A stretch of DNA of 64,000 bases from TPA_inf: Saccharomyces (taxonomy: Eukaryota): NCBI GenBank assembly GCA_000146045.2, contig BK006938.2:352001-416000 (forward strand). The letters run 5' to 3'. The notes beneath the pieces are model-generated. The model searched no databases. It saw only the letters and a program-made list of their open reading frames with translations, and was not told where the DNA came from. Shown here one piece after another: positions 33,588 through 45,204 of the stretch; within the stretch, counting starts at the first letter, position 1; the number at the start of each line of letters is the position of its first letter. The position numbers and the translations under genes are program-made.

Positions 33588-35512
33588 GTGCCAGTTGAAA
33601 TCCAAATTTGGACAACCATTGATAGCAACGCTTTCGTCTCTTTTGCTTAGATCAAATGAAGGGCTCACCTTGTCATCAATTCTATCAGCAGTCGCTGAAT
33701 TTGTGAGCAAGGCCGCAAATAGGAGGCAAAATGATATTAGTAGTTTTCTTATGAATGATGTGGATACCTATTTTACACTTTTGCAACAAGGGGAGGAAAA
33801 TTGCCAAGACCATCATGACATTGGAGGAAGTGATTTGCTTCTCTTAAATATAAAATAATTAAACGATCATGGAGATGCAGCGAACTAATGTGAAAAATTT
33901 TTCTTTCCAGTAGTATCGGTTATTCTGTAAGCATAGAATCGGGTATTAGTGGCTTGTTCCGAGCTTTTTTTCTTTGCCAATAAGAAAACAAGTAAAATGC
34001 AACGTGCAAATGCTGATCTGATCTCGCCTGGGCCAGTTTTATCGTCATGTGCGCGTGTAGGCACGAAAAAAAAGAAAAGACCGCTACCTCTCCTTCTAAA
34101 ATGACAGGAGGAGAATATAAGGTTTGGCAGCCCCTTGAAAGAGCCGCAGGAACCAAAAAAAAAAGAAGGAAAGTTTATTTTTTTCTTTTTCCAAAAGACT
34201 TTTTAAGATGTTTGTCAGCAAGATAATACAGGACCTACACGACTATCAGTCACAGCCAGAGAAACGTTTGTCGTATGATGGCAAAATATTTTTCCCACAA
34301 CTTTGAAATTATTTTCAAATATGGCAGAACAGTTTAACATTTGGTTTCAAGAGGTAGCACAAGTTCTTGAATAGTATTTGTTCGCGTTAAGATGGAAGCA
34401 GGCCAAATGCCCCAATAATCTAATAACCGTATTTTCTATGCTAAAGGAGGAACGAACACTCGGTCTTGTACAGGCAGCTCTAAAAGGAAAATTTCCATCC
34501 CCCCAGGCCAAGAAAATCAGAATCATATGGCCCCCTTCCATTCTAACGGAATAGTATATCAAAGAAATAATGTTTACGTAAGCCATAGACAAGCGATATA
34601 ATCTTTTTTATCCTTAAACTAGGTGCTTCATTAAGAAAGAAGAAGAAAAGAAGAAAGTACGACAAAGACTCCCCGCTGGACAATAAACGGGGGCGGCAGG
34701 TGTTAATTCCGAATTGAAATTTAAATTTGACATAAGCAAAGTTTAAAGTTTTTTTTTTCCAGTTCTTTTTTCCCATCGTTTTTTTTTCTAGAAGCCGGGT
34801 TTTTCACCGTCAAAAAATTTCCTAAAAAAGATCTGTCAATCATTAAGTTTTGCTTTTTCGGCTTTTAAGCCATGCTTTCAGGCAAAAATTAAGATTTCTT
34901 CGTAAAGATCGGAGCCTTACGCCCAAGAAGCAACTGGCCGTAAAATTTTTTCTTCGATCGGGTGGCAAATGGAACAGAAGATCATGAGTAGAAGGAAAAG
35001 TAAACAAAGAATTGCGTCGGTCAACCGGTTGTTGCTGCGTGCTTCAGCGGGTGATAAATAAAAGATTTCCTATCTGAGTAATCGATGACACAAGCGGTCT
35101 GCGCTCGGTCGCTTCCAAGCCTTAACAAAGTTTTTACTTTATGGTTTTTAATAAATAAATAAAAAGAAACGTGGATTTGGATAGCAGAAAGCCTCGAAGA
35201 TCATTTTATCAATGAAATTTTATGGTTAACACTTTCAAGACTCCGATTTTCTCTGCTACGTGAAATTTTAGGTTGCGAAAAGAATACTACCGGGAATACT
35301 AGGAGTGTGGAAGAAAAGAAATGGAAAAGAAAAGGAGAAGTGGTCATTCTTCACATCTCATTGTCTTCCTCCTGTAAAGATTTTAGCTTTTTTATAAATT
35401 AAGATTAAGATTGTAGCGTGATGTTCTGTTACTGTCATTTTTGATTGGCCAATGACTGATTATAACAGAAGACCAGTTTTCTATGTATTATTGTCCGACA
35501 AGTCAGGAACCT

Positions 35513-36901
35513 CTATCTTCTCAGAGCCCATTCTGGATACTCTGTTTTGTAGCACCACTTTTTCTTTTCGGTTCCTTCTTCAGTCTCAGTTGATTCGTAT
35601 AGATAGGCATGTAACCACAGATCAAGATCATTGGGGCCAGGATCAGTATACAAATCAGATTCACAAATAGAACATTTTTCTTGCCTTAATACCTCACCGT
35701 ACCCGCCATTACTATGGAACCAACTTTTAGCAGGTTTTCTTTTCCCTATTTCGTCTAGCTTAGTAATAACTATATCGAAGTCAGCCTGGCCGCCTTTTCC
35801 GAGATTGTTACCCCATACTTCATCATTGGAATAAATAGGATCGTTAGCAATTGGGTGGCCTAAGTACTGTAAATGTACTCTAATTTGATGTGATCGCCCG
35901 GTAAGCGGTTTGCACTTTACAATACTCGTTTTACCGTCGTAGCTGATTCTGTTAAAAACAGTTTTTGCATGTTTGGCTCCTTTCTCGTCCATTTGACAAA
36001 CTGCATTAAGAGCAAGCCTTGGCTCGATCAGTTTTAGAGGTTTTTCAACAATTACTTCCGTTTCTGGAAATTCTCCAACTACCTTGGCCACGTATTCCTT
36101 AGTGACTTCTCGAGCTTTTAGTTGATCGCCGATATTATCGGCTCCCTTCGGAGTTTTTGCCAAAAACATTAATCCACTTGTAAGCCTATCTAACCTATTA
36201 CATGGGTTCACAACAAATCCGAGATTATTTTGAAGCATTTTCGTAATTGTATTGAACCGATATCGGCCAGTTGGGTGAACAGGTATACCGCTCGGTTTAT
36301 CAATAACCATTATGTTATCATCTTCAAAAATAACTTTGATAGGCCTGGAAGTGACTGGAGGTTCATGTCTATGTACCTGATGCGTAATCAGGTCACCATT
36401 GCGAATTACAGTAGATAAGTCCGCAGTTTCATCGTTTATATGAACGTCCCCGTTTTCGATTGTTCTTTTATAATATTCAGATTCACGATCTCGAAATTCA
36501 GATATAAAGACATCAACCAATTTTTTATCTCTCCAACGCTCTTTGCAAAAGGTCCTGTACGTAAAATGGTAGGGCTTGATTTTCCTTAGAGGGCCATCGA
36601 TGACAATTTCATACTCTGGATCTAGTTGTCTATGTTTCTCTTTTTTGCTGCCTATCGTTCGTGATTGAAAAGTAGATTTATTAATCAAATCTGGCGATTT
36701 TTTTGATTGAGTTCGCTTTATTTTTTTTTTCTTTTGAATTTCCCTCTCTCTTTCAACCTCATTTTGCAAATGTTCATCAAACTCATTTGAGGTTGCATTA
36801 CCTGCAAAAGCAAGACCTGCAGATAATGCATTCCTTTTGAGTTGTCGAGCCATTATTACTGGCACTGTAAACAAATTTCTTAACCTATTATTTCTTTGCA
36901 T
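35513..36901 (-). CDS. PUS9: PUS9, a mitochondrial tRNA pseudouridine synthase of the RluA family, 462 aa.
   Basis: RluA-family catalytic motif ([16 protein letters not shown]) and S4-like region. The N-terminus [24 protein letters not shown] looks like a mitochondrial presequence. Confidence 0.85.
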   Translation of the reverse strand: MQRNNRLRNLFTVPVIMARQLKRNALSAGLAFAGNATSNEFDEHLQNEVEREREIQKKKKIKRTQSKKSPDLINKSTFQSRTIGSKKEKHRQLDPEYEIVIDGPLRKIKPYHFTYRTFCKERWRDKKLVDVFISEFRDRESEYYKRTIENGDVHINDETADLSTVIRNGDLITHQVHRHEPPVTSRPIKVIFEDDNIMVIDKPSGIPVHPTGRYRFNTITKMLQNNLGFVVNPCNRLDRLTSGLMFLAKTPKGADNIGDQLKAREVTKEYVAKVVGEFPETEVIVEKPLKLIEPRLALNAVCQMDEKGAKHAKTVFNRISYDGKTSIVKCKPLTGRSHQIRVHLQYLGHPIANDPIYSNDEVWGNNLGKGGQADFDIVITKLDEIGKRKPAKSWFHSNGGYGEVLRQEKCSICESDLYTDPGPNDLDLWLHAYLYESTETEEGTEKKKWCYKTEYPEWALRR

Positions 36902-37171
36902 AAGTTTCCTATTCCATTATACGAGCACTCATCCATTTTCAAAAGTTTTTTATGAACTTTTTCTTAACTCGGTCTTTTGTTCTCTAATGGTTCGCCGCCA
37001 GACAGAAAAAAAGCTTACTTATCGAGGAATCACATTGCTTCAATGAATAAATTCTATAATGCATATACTACCTAACATATATAAGAGAAGTGAGCGTCAT
37101 TCATGTCGGCTACTTGTCAATTTGTATTACGTTCCTTACTTTCCATTTTCAAACATCGCGATACAAAAACT

Positions 37172-40057
37172 TTATAATGGTCCATTTCTTAAGAAGGCTA
37201 TCAAATCTATGCCGCTACTATCACTACTATCATTATCGTTCTGCGCCTCAATTATTGGATCAGGAGTCGTACCTGGTATTGTGGGCTTGACCAGATAATT
37301 TTCAGATGCACTAGCATCTGAATAGCGTAAATTCTTATCCTCTTCAATGCTATTCTCATCATCGTTTGTGACAATATTGCTTGAAAAGAAGCTGGATTTG
37401 ACCATACTGTTAGTTGAGACGTCCTGATGTTTATCGTGACTTTTATTTTGGTTTAATGCAAATTTCAACCCGGGTAGAGAAAAATGGTCGTTATTGTACC
37501 GTATTTTCAACAATCTGTTTAACTCATCAAGATCTATTCCGCCAAGCATTGGAATATGATGAATGATCCTCCAAAACAAGGGCACTTCAACCTCTTCGGC
37601 CGTGATGTTATTAAGCATTGCCTGTAGTTCAAGTGAATTTGATGGAAGGGAGCGATCGCTACTATTCGTTTTAGTCTCATCAGATTCTGTGCGTTTATTA
37701 TCGTTTGAATCTTTGGCTGAATAGTAGTTTTCCCAGTATTCAAAATCGTCACAATTGTCATAAAAACTAAAGTGTAGTTTTAGTTCAAACAATTGTTTAA
37801 AGAAGCGTTCAACAAACCACAGTATACGCTTCAGAGGGTTTGTAGAATATTTCCAGCATTTTCTTTTCTTCCACTTACCACGATAATACCAACCTCTTTT
37901 CCCCCAATTGCTGTGACAAAACTTCAGAATTTCCTTTTCACCAAGCTCTCCTTTCAGAATATATTTTTCAATGAGATATTTTGATTCTGTTTTTGCCCAT
38001 GAATAGTTCCAAGGTTTTTCCTTGAACAGGTAAACAATGACGTCGACGAGACAACTTAATGGTCGAACGCAAGTGTCAATGTATGTCACCCACATGGTAG
38101 GCCCATGCTTTATTTCATGATTGTATTGCAACGCATCTGCAATGATGGGGAAAAGCCATATCCCAATATACGACAGTGGATAAATGAATATTGCCCTTAG
38201 ATTCTTTTGAATTTGTGCCCTACGTTTTTTCATTTGTTTGTAGGTTTGGGCTTGGAAATGCTGTTGTACGTTGGTGAAACTTGAATTTTCGCATCTGTCT
38301 GCATTATTATTCACTCTCTCCTGTGAAAATTGTTGAGACGGAGTAAATGCTTCATTAGAAAGTGTAGGAATATTATCGGCTGGATTAGTATTATTGTTAT
38401 CAACGTTATTTTTAATATTATTACTATTATTATTATTATTGTTGTTGTTGTTGTTATTGTTATTATTATTGTTATTATTATTATTGTTATTATTATTATT
38501 GTTATTATTATTATTGCTATTATTGTTATCGTTATCGTTATCGTTATTGTTGTTGTTGTCGTCGTCGTCGTTGTTACTGTTGTTGTTGATGATGCCTCCT
38601 TTTTCCTTAATGTTACTAGTTATGTCGCTGTTATCGTTCTTATTATCATACATTGCTAAAGGAGATTCTAGAGAATTTTGGCAAGAGAAAGTCTGATGTC
38701 CCAGCATTGAACTTTTTCTTGTATCCAGTCCTTCATTTTCAACACTAAAAGTAACTTTATGCTCCTTTTGCTTGGATACTAGTTCCGAAGGATTGAGTGT
38801 GATGTCATTTTCACAATCAAAAGGATTATTTCTTTCCAAATCTGGCTGTTCAGACATTGCATATTTGGACATATCGAGTGGTTTAGCACTGTTATAGTCA
38901 AGTAAGCGAACTCCACCACTTGCCGAGACATTCTCATCACTACCTGTATTTGTTTTTCTGAATAGTGTAGGTATCTCATTCGAACTCTCACCAAAATTGA
39001 AAGTTCCATTACTACTACCTGAATCGTCTGTTTCCTCATTCGGATCTATGAACGAAATGGTGAAAAAATTCTTTAAATTTCTCAAAAGATGTAGCAATGG
39101 CAATTTAAAATAGGATCTGAAATACCATTTGGCTTTTCCCCAGTGACCGAGCCCAAATAATTTTTTCTTTTCTTTCTCTTCCTCTAGTACGTTATGGTTA
39201 AAGTCTCCAATTTGCGCTTTAATTCTTTTACTTTCACTGGTAATGAAAATATAAATACTGAGGTAGACTGCAAATATGAAAATAATAATGAAATATCTGG
39301 GACCCCAGCTTAAAACAATTTTATACCAGTACGGCTTGGGTGGTAAATAGCACCATGCACTCCAAGGTTTGTAGCCACCTTGCCTGGGAGAATCGGGAAA
39401 GTTGTAGTTATTATTATCCAGTATAATAGTGGTGTCAGAATCGTCATTGAGTTTATTATAATTAATGAAGGCTAAGCTTGCTAAAATGGCAGGTACTAAT
39501 GCAGTAATTGGCCAGATATATGACCTTTTTTTGTACAAGCCACCCTCCATATTTCCCGATCTTTTATTTCGCCATTTCCAATTAGGCTTGAAGATCAAAA
39601 TAGCAAAATGTATGGCGAATATCATTATGGCCATGTCTGCACCTTCGATGGCAAAGGCCGTAAACCAACCCAAGGTATTAAAAAATGCAGGTGTTGCATA
39701 CACACTATTATTAATAAGGATAATCATGGGATAAATCATCAGAATAAAAGCTTTAAGAAAGTCGCAAATTATCAAAAATGCGATGAGATCATGTCTGAAG
39801 ACTTTTCGTCTCTTATCCATTTTAGAAAGGAAGAACATTCCGAGGCAACCGGCAATAAGGGACACGGCAGACGCAGTTATAGCTATTATTCTTAACTGCA
39901 ACAGTTGCGGAGCCGTGAATGTAGAGGTCATCCCCGGCAACCCCAGCAGCTGGTTAACCGTGGTAGTGTTAAGCTGTCGGAGAGAATCAACTCTCTTTTC
40001 TAGTAAGGATGACCCTTTCAACGCGTTTAAATTCGGGGGAAATCCCTCAGTTATCAT
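37172..40057 (-). CDS. GPR1: GPR1, the glucose-sensing G-protein-coupled receptor, with a very long Asn-rich third intracellular loop, 961 aa.
   Basis: A 7-TM topology; the N-terminus [28 protein letters not shown]; an internal poly-N/D tract of about 60 residues. Confidence 0.9.
   Translation of the reverse strand: [961 protein letters not shown]
38411..38592. repeat. An imperfect trinucleotide tract ((ATT/GTT/ATC/GTC)n on the + strand, which is AAT/AAC/GAT/GAC on the coding strand) encoding the poly-Asn/Asp loop of GPR1.
   Basis: About 180 bp made up almost entirely of ATT/GTT triplets. Antisense it yields the spurious poly-Leu/poly-Ile/Val ORFs in the track (38330..38659, 38394..38696). 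Confidence 0.95.
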
Positions 40058-40146
40058 TTTGAGTTGGAGAGTTTGCTTTATTCGTCACACTTCGGATCAC
40101 TTGTTTGTCGTTTTTTTTTTTTGGTGACTCTTACTGCTTTTTATAG

Positions 40147-40172
40147 ACACACACACACACACACACACACAC
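40147..40172. repeat. An (AC)13 dinucleotide microsatellite in the GPR1 upstream region (about 90 bp 5' of the GPR1 ATG on the minus strand).
   Basis: acacacacacacacacacacacacac, read directly. Confidence 0.95.
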
Positions 40173-40658
40173 CTTCTTCTGGATACCGTAGAGAAAGGGA
40201 TGTAGACAAATAAAAAAGGACAAAAGCTAGAAAAAAGACGGAAGAGGACGTGCGATTGCGTTGAATATGACCTTCGCAAATAAATATTAATAAATATGAC
40301 GTTTTTGCCGCAATGCTAATTCTATAACCCACTCCTTCGTTGCCTTCTATGCTTTAATTAAACAATGGGTCCGGCTCAAACCTGGAAGGAAGATTTATAA
40401 ATCTTGAAAAGAAAAAAAAGTGTGATTTAAAAAAATGAAAAAGAAAAACAAGAGGGCAAAAAAAAATGAACTACTTATTGAGACATGATTCAAGGGAAAA
40501 GACCTTCATATATACAGATTACTTTTCGAAATGGTCAGCCGCTTCATGAGCTCTTCTTGGCTGTATCGTACCACCGTGGTTCAATTAGGCAAGTATGTTG
40601 CTAAGATTAATTGCTGCGGCGCATCGTATAAGGTGATATACTAAATTCATTATCATCA

Positions 40659-41912
40659 CTATGCATGGGTGTCATTATTATTAACATGGGAAATGGGCCC
40701 ACTCCCAAGGACTCTATCGTCGATATATAGACAGCACGATTGCCCAGGAGTTATGGCACGTTGTTTTGAGGCTAAGTGTATTGTTATGTCGAGGTTGTCG
40801 GCAGAGCGATTCAGTTTGCACGATTTAATTTGGACTGGGACCTGCAGGGACCGGAATTGTAATGTCAAGGCACCAGTATTTTGGAAAGCGTTTATAGTGT
40901 CCTCCCTGGGGCCCAAAGACGAAAAGTTTTCGATTCGCATAGTGTCACTGTATAGCGCCGGATTATCTCTTCCTCTGACTATCAAGATTTCGTTGGTATC
41001 CCTTAGTTTTTCACTGACAAACCAGGTCCCTTGGTAATTAGGGTCAGCTTGTGGCATGGATATGCCCACTTTCTGTCCAATTGTGTAAGACCACAATCCA
41101 TCGTGTCTGCCCCATGTCGTTTTGGCACCGGATTGTGGGTCAACGGTAATGATATCACCCGGTGAACTGGGTAGGTAGTGCTTTAAAAAATTCTTGAACT
41201 TCCCATGCTGGGAATTGTTGACGAAGCATATGCCCTGTGAATCAGGCTTTTCTGCAGTCGGGAGGCCTGCATACTTCGCTAAATCTCGTACTTCTGGTTT
41301 CGTTAGATGGCCAATGGGTAGCAACAAAGATGACAAAACAGTGGAGTTGATTTGTGAAAGGTAATAGCTTTGATCCTTGGGCCTATAAATGCTTCTCAGT
41401 AAATGGAATAATCCTTTTCCATTCATTTCCTGCATAACTCGGGCGTAATGACCAGTAACAAGCCAATAGTTACCCGTCCCATACTTCTCATCCAGCCACT
41501 CTCTCAGCTTGCCGAACTTGACGAACTTGTTGCAACCGATATCTGGATTGGGTGTCGACCCTTCACTGTAGCCTCTCAACATTGGTTCAAATACATCTAT
41601 CCAATAATCTTGCTCAAAATTAACTTTGTCAACTCGGATGTTCAAATGCTTAGCGACACGGTTCACATCTCTCCAATCCCTCTCGTAGCATGGCTCCTTG
41701 CCAGGGTCGTCCAAAGATTGTGATTCAGACCAGTTCTGCATATATACTCCTCGGGTATTTGGAAATTCTCCGGCAAATAGTGCTGCCGCCACAGAGGAAT
41801 CTACCCCAGATGACATTGCCACTATCACGTTGTCAAACTTTGCCGGTAGCCGCTGTGGTCTGTACGGTGAAGCACTCCTCCGTCCTATTAAATTTAAATA
41901 TCTTGCCAGCAT
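40659..41912 (-). CDS. SLM3: SLM3/MTU1, the mitochondrial tRNA-specific 2-thiouridylase (MnmA/TrmU family), 417 aa from the first ATG.
   Basis: The PP-loop SGGVDSSV motif and an MnmA-like body. The track ORF begins at a TTG at 41939; the first ATG is at 41910-41912 (MLARYLNLIGRR...). Confidence 0.85.
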   Translation of the reverse strand: MLARYLNLIGRRSASPYRPQRLPAKFDNVIVAMSSGVDSSVAAALFAGEFPNTRGVYMQNWSESQSLDDPGKEPCYERDWRDVNRVAKHLNIRVDKVNFEQDYWIDVFEPMLRGYSEGSTPNPDIGCNKFVKFGKLREWLDEKYGTGNYWLVTGHYARVMQEMNGKGLFHLLRSIYRPKDQSYYLSQINSTVLSSLLLPIGHLTKPEVRDLAKYAGLPTAEKPDSQGICFVNNSQHGKFKNFLKHYLPSSPGDIITVDPQSGAKTTWGRHDGLWSYTIGQKVGISMPQADPNYQGTWFVSEKLRDTNEILIVRGRDNPALYSDTMRIENFSSLGPREDTINAFQNTGALTLQFRSLQVPVQIKSCKLNRSADNLDITIHLASKQRAITPGQSCCLYIDDRVLGSGPISHVNNNDTHA

Positions 41913-42216
41913 TGTTATCTGACTTGAATCGATTGCCAAATCAATACGCTCACATTTTTAACGTTCTTGTATGTTTCCAAACTTTCATTCTTTTACAATA
42001 AAGCAATGTTTTGCCTCAACTATTGAAAGAAAAAAATAAGAGACCAATTGTTACTACCCGGCGCTCTTAAAATTTTCAAGCGATGAGATGAAATTCATAC
42101 AAAATGGCTTTACAGAGAGTTACTAGTACTTCACTAACTTCCTACTGCTTGAAGTAAAGTCACTAAAAGTACTTTTGTCATTTAAGTTACCACCACATAT
42201 CTCTTTAACCTAGAAT

Positions 42217-45204
42217 ATGGCAGGCGTGCAGAAAAGAAAAAGGGATCTCGAAGATCAAGACGACAATGGAAGCGAGGAGGACGACATCGCCTTTGATATT
42301 GCAAATGAAATTGCCTTAAATGATAGTGAGAGTGATGCTAACGACTCCGATAGTGAAGTTGAAGCTGATTATGGTCCCAACGATGTCCAGGATGTGATCG
42401 AGTACAGCTCAGATGAAGAAGAAGGAGTGAACAATAAGAAGAAGGCTGAAAACAAGGACATCAAGAAAAAAAAGAATAGTAAGAAGGAAATAGCAGCATT
42501 TCCAATGTTAGAAATGTCAGATGATGAAAACAATGCATCTGGTAAAACTCAAACCGGTGATGATGAGGATGATGTCAATGAATATTTCTCCACAAATAAC
42601 TTGGAGAAAACAAAGCATAAAAAAGGTAGTTTTCCCAGCTTTGGCCTATCCAAAATTGTATTGAACAATATTAAAAGGAAGGGATTTCGCCAACCCACTC
42701 CTATTCAAAGGAAGACTATCCCATTAATTTTGCAAAGTAGGGATATTGTTGGTATGGCACGTACCGGTTCTGGTAAGACTGCAGCATTCATCTTGCCAAT
42801 GGTGGAAAAATTGAAAAGTCACTCAGGTAAAATTGGCGCCCGTGCAGTCATCTTATCGCCTTCCAGAGAATTAGCCATGCAGACTTTCAACGTTTTCAAG
42901 GATTTTGCCAGAGGAACAGAACTAAGAAGCGTCCTCTTGACTGGTGGTGATTCCTTGGAAGAACAATTTGGCATGATGATGACCAACCCAGACGTTATTA
43001 TTGCAACACCTGGTAGATTTTTACATCTGAAAGTTGAAATGAACCTCGATTTGAAGAGTGTTGAGTACGTTGTTTTCGATGAAGCTGATAGGTTGTTCGA
43101 AATGGGTTTTCAAGAACAGTTGAATGAATTACTTGCATCTTTGCCTACAACAAGACAGACTTTGTTGTTTTCTGCTACTCTACCTAATTCATTGGTTGAT
43201 TTTGTTAAGGCTGGTTTGGTTAATCCAGTTTTGGTTCGTTTGGACGCGGAAACGAAAGTTTCAGAGAACTTAGAAATGCTTTTTCTATCCAGTAAAAACG
43301 CAGATAGAGAGGCGAACCTATTATATATTTTGCAAGAAATCATAAAGATTCCGTTAGCCACTAGTGAACAACTTCAAAAGCTGCAAAATAGTAACAATGA
43401 GGCAGATAGTGACTCAGATGATGAAAATGATCGCCAAAAGAAGAGGAGGAATTTCAAGAAGGAAAAGTTCCGTAAACAAAAAATGCCTGCAGCTAATGAA
43501 CTTCCTTCTGAAAAAGCAACTATTCTGTTCGTTCCAACAAGACATCATGTGGAATACATTTCTCAACTCTTAAGAGACTGCGGATACTTGATTTCGTACA
43601 TCTACGGTACTTTGGACCAACATGCTCGTAAACGTCAATTATATAATTTTAGGGCGGGCTTAACTTCCATTTTGGTTGTTACAGATGTTGCTGCAAGAGG
43701 TGTCGATATTCCAATGTTAGCCAATGTTATTAATTACACATTACCTGGTTCATCAAAAATTTTTGTACATCGTGTAGGTAGAACTGCAAGAGCCGGTAAC
43801 AAAGGTTGGGCATATTCCATTGTCGCTGAAAATGAATTACCTTACCTATTAGATTTGGAGCTATTTTTGGGGAAAAAAATTCTTCTAACACCAATGTACG
43901 ATAGTCTAGTCGACGTGATGAAGAAAAGGTGGATAGATGAAGGAAAACCGGAATATCAATTTCAACCCCCAAAGCTTTCTTACACAAAAAGACTCGTTCT
44001 AGGTTCATGTCCAAGACTGGATGTTGAAGGCTTAGGTGATCTTTATAAGAATCTGATGTCCTCTAATTTTGACCTTCAGTTGGCGAAGAAAACAGCCATG
44101 AAGGCAGAAAAACTTTACTACAGAACACGCACTTCCGCCTCCCCTGAATCTTTAAAGAGAAGTAAAGAGATCATTTCTTCTGGCTGGGATGCTCAAAATG
44201 CATTTTTTGGTAAAAATGAAGAGAAGGAAAAATTGGATTTTTTGGCTAAATTGCAAAACAGAAGAAACAAGGAAACGGTATTTGAGTTCACCAGAAACCC
44301 AGACGATGAAATGGCAGTGTTTATGAAAAGGAGAAGAAAGCAATTAGCGCCAATTCAACGAAAGGCGACTGAAAGAAGGGAACTATTAGAAAAGGAAAGA
44401 ATGGCTGGTCTTTCACATTCTATCGAAGATGAAATTTTGAAAGGTGACGATGGTGAGACAGGTTACACCGTGTCAGAGGATGCCTTAAAAGAATTTGAAG
44501 ATGCGGACCAATTATTAGAAGCACAGGAAAACGAAAACAAAAAGAAAAAGAAACCGAAGTCTTTTAAGGATCCAACTTTCTTTTTAAGTCACTATGCGCC
44601 AGCTGGTGACATACAAGATAAACAATTACAGATAACCAATGGGTTCGCTAATGATGCTGCTCAAGCGGCTTACGATTTAAATAGCGATGATAAAGTGCAA
44701 GTTCATAAGCAAACAGCGACCGTAAAATGGGATAAAAAAAGAAAAAAATATGTTAATACTCAAGGTATTGATAACAAGAAATATATTATTGGTGAAAGTG
44801 GCCAAAAAATCGCGGCAAGCTTCAGGTCTGGTAGATTTGATGATTGGTCGAAGGCAAGAAATTTGAAACCATTGAAGGTAGGTTCGAGAGAAACAAGCAT
44901 ACCATCTAACTTGCTCGAAGACCCTTCACAAGGTCCTGCTGCAAATGGTAGAACCGTCCGTGGGAAATTCAAGCATAAACAAATGAAAGCGCCTAAAATG
45001 CCAGATAAACACAGAGACAATTATTATTCGCAAAAGAAGAAGGTGGAAAAGGCTCTACAAAGTGGAATTTCCGTCAAGGGATATAATAACGCTCCGGGTC
45101 TGCGAAGCGAATTGAAGTCCACTGAGCAAATTAGAAAGGACAGGATTATAGCAGAGAAAAAACGTGCGAAGAATGCTCGTCCTTCCAAAAAGCGTAAATT
45201 TTAG
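42217..45204 (+). CDS. DBP10: DBP10, a DEAD-box ATP-dependent RNA helicase (60S ribosome biogenesis), 995 aa.
   Basis: Q-motif, Walker A (ARTGSGKT), DEAD (VFDEAD), SAT and HRVGRTARAG motifs. It has an acidic N-terminus and a basic C-terminus. Confidence 0.95.
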   Translation: MAGVQKRKRDLEDQDDNGSEEDDIAFDIANEIALNDSESDANDSDSEVEADYGPNDVQDVIEYSSDEEEGVNNKKKAENKDIKKKKNSKKEIAAFPMLEMSDDENNASGKTQTGDDEDDVNEYFSTNNLEKTKHKKGSFPSFGLSKIVLNNIKRKGFRQPTPIQRKTIPLILQSRDIVGMARTGSGKTAAFILPMVEKLKSHSGKIGARAVILSPSRELAMQTFNVFKDFARGTELRSVLLTGGDSLEEQFGMMMTNPDVIIATPGRFLHLKVEMNLDLKSVEYVVFDEADRLFEMGFQEQLNELLASLPTTRQTLLFSATLPNSLVDFVKAGLVNPVLVRLDAETKVSENLEMLFLSSKNADREANLLYILQEIIKIPLATSEQLQKLQNSNNEADSDSDDENDRQKKRRNFKKEKFRKQKMPAANELPSEKATILFVPTRHHVEYISQLLRDCGYLISYIYGTLDQHARKRQLYNFRAGLTSILVVTDVAARGVDIPMLANVINYTLPGSSKIFVHRVGRTARAGNKGWAYSIVAENELPYLLDLELFLGKKILLTPMYDSLVDVMKKRWIDEGKPEYQFQPPKLSYTKRLVLGSCPRLDVEGLGDLYKNLMSSNFDLQLAKKTAMKAEKLYYRTRTSASPESLKRSKEIISSGWDAQNAFFGKNEEKEKLDFLAKLQNRRNKETVFEFTRNPDDEMAVFMKRRRKQLAPIQRKATERRELLEKERMAGLSHSIEDEILKGDDGETGYTVSEDALKEFEDADQLLEAQENENKKKKKPKSFKDPTFFLSHYAPAGDIQDKQLQITNGFANDAAQAAYDLNSDDKVQVHKQTATVKWDKKRKKYVNTQGIDNKKYIIGESGQKIAASFRSGRFDDWSKARNLKPLKVGSRETSIPSNLLEDPSQGPAANGRTVRGKFKHKQMKAPKMPDKHRDNYYSQKKKVEKALQSGISVKGYNNAPGLRSELKSTEQIRKDRIIAEKKRAKNARPSKKRKF

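Noticed and set aside
38330-38696. Poly-Leu/poly-Ile/Val ORFs on the + strand (which include dubious YDL034W)
   Set aside because: They are antisense translation of the GPR1 AAT/AAC tract, with no independent coding signal.
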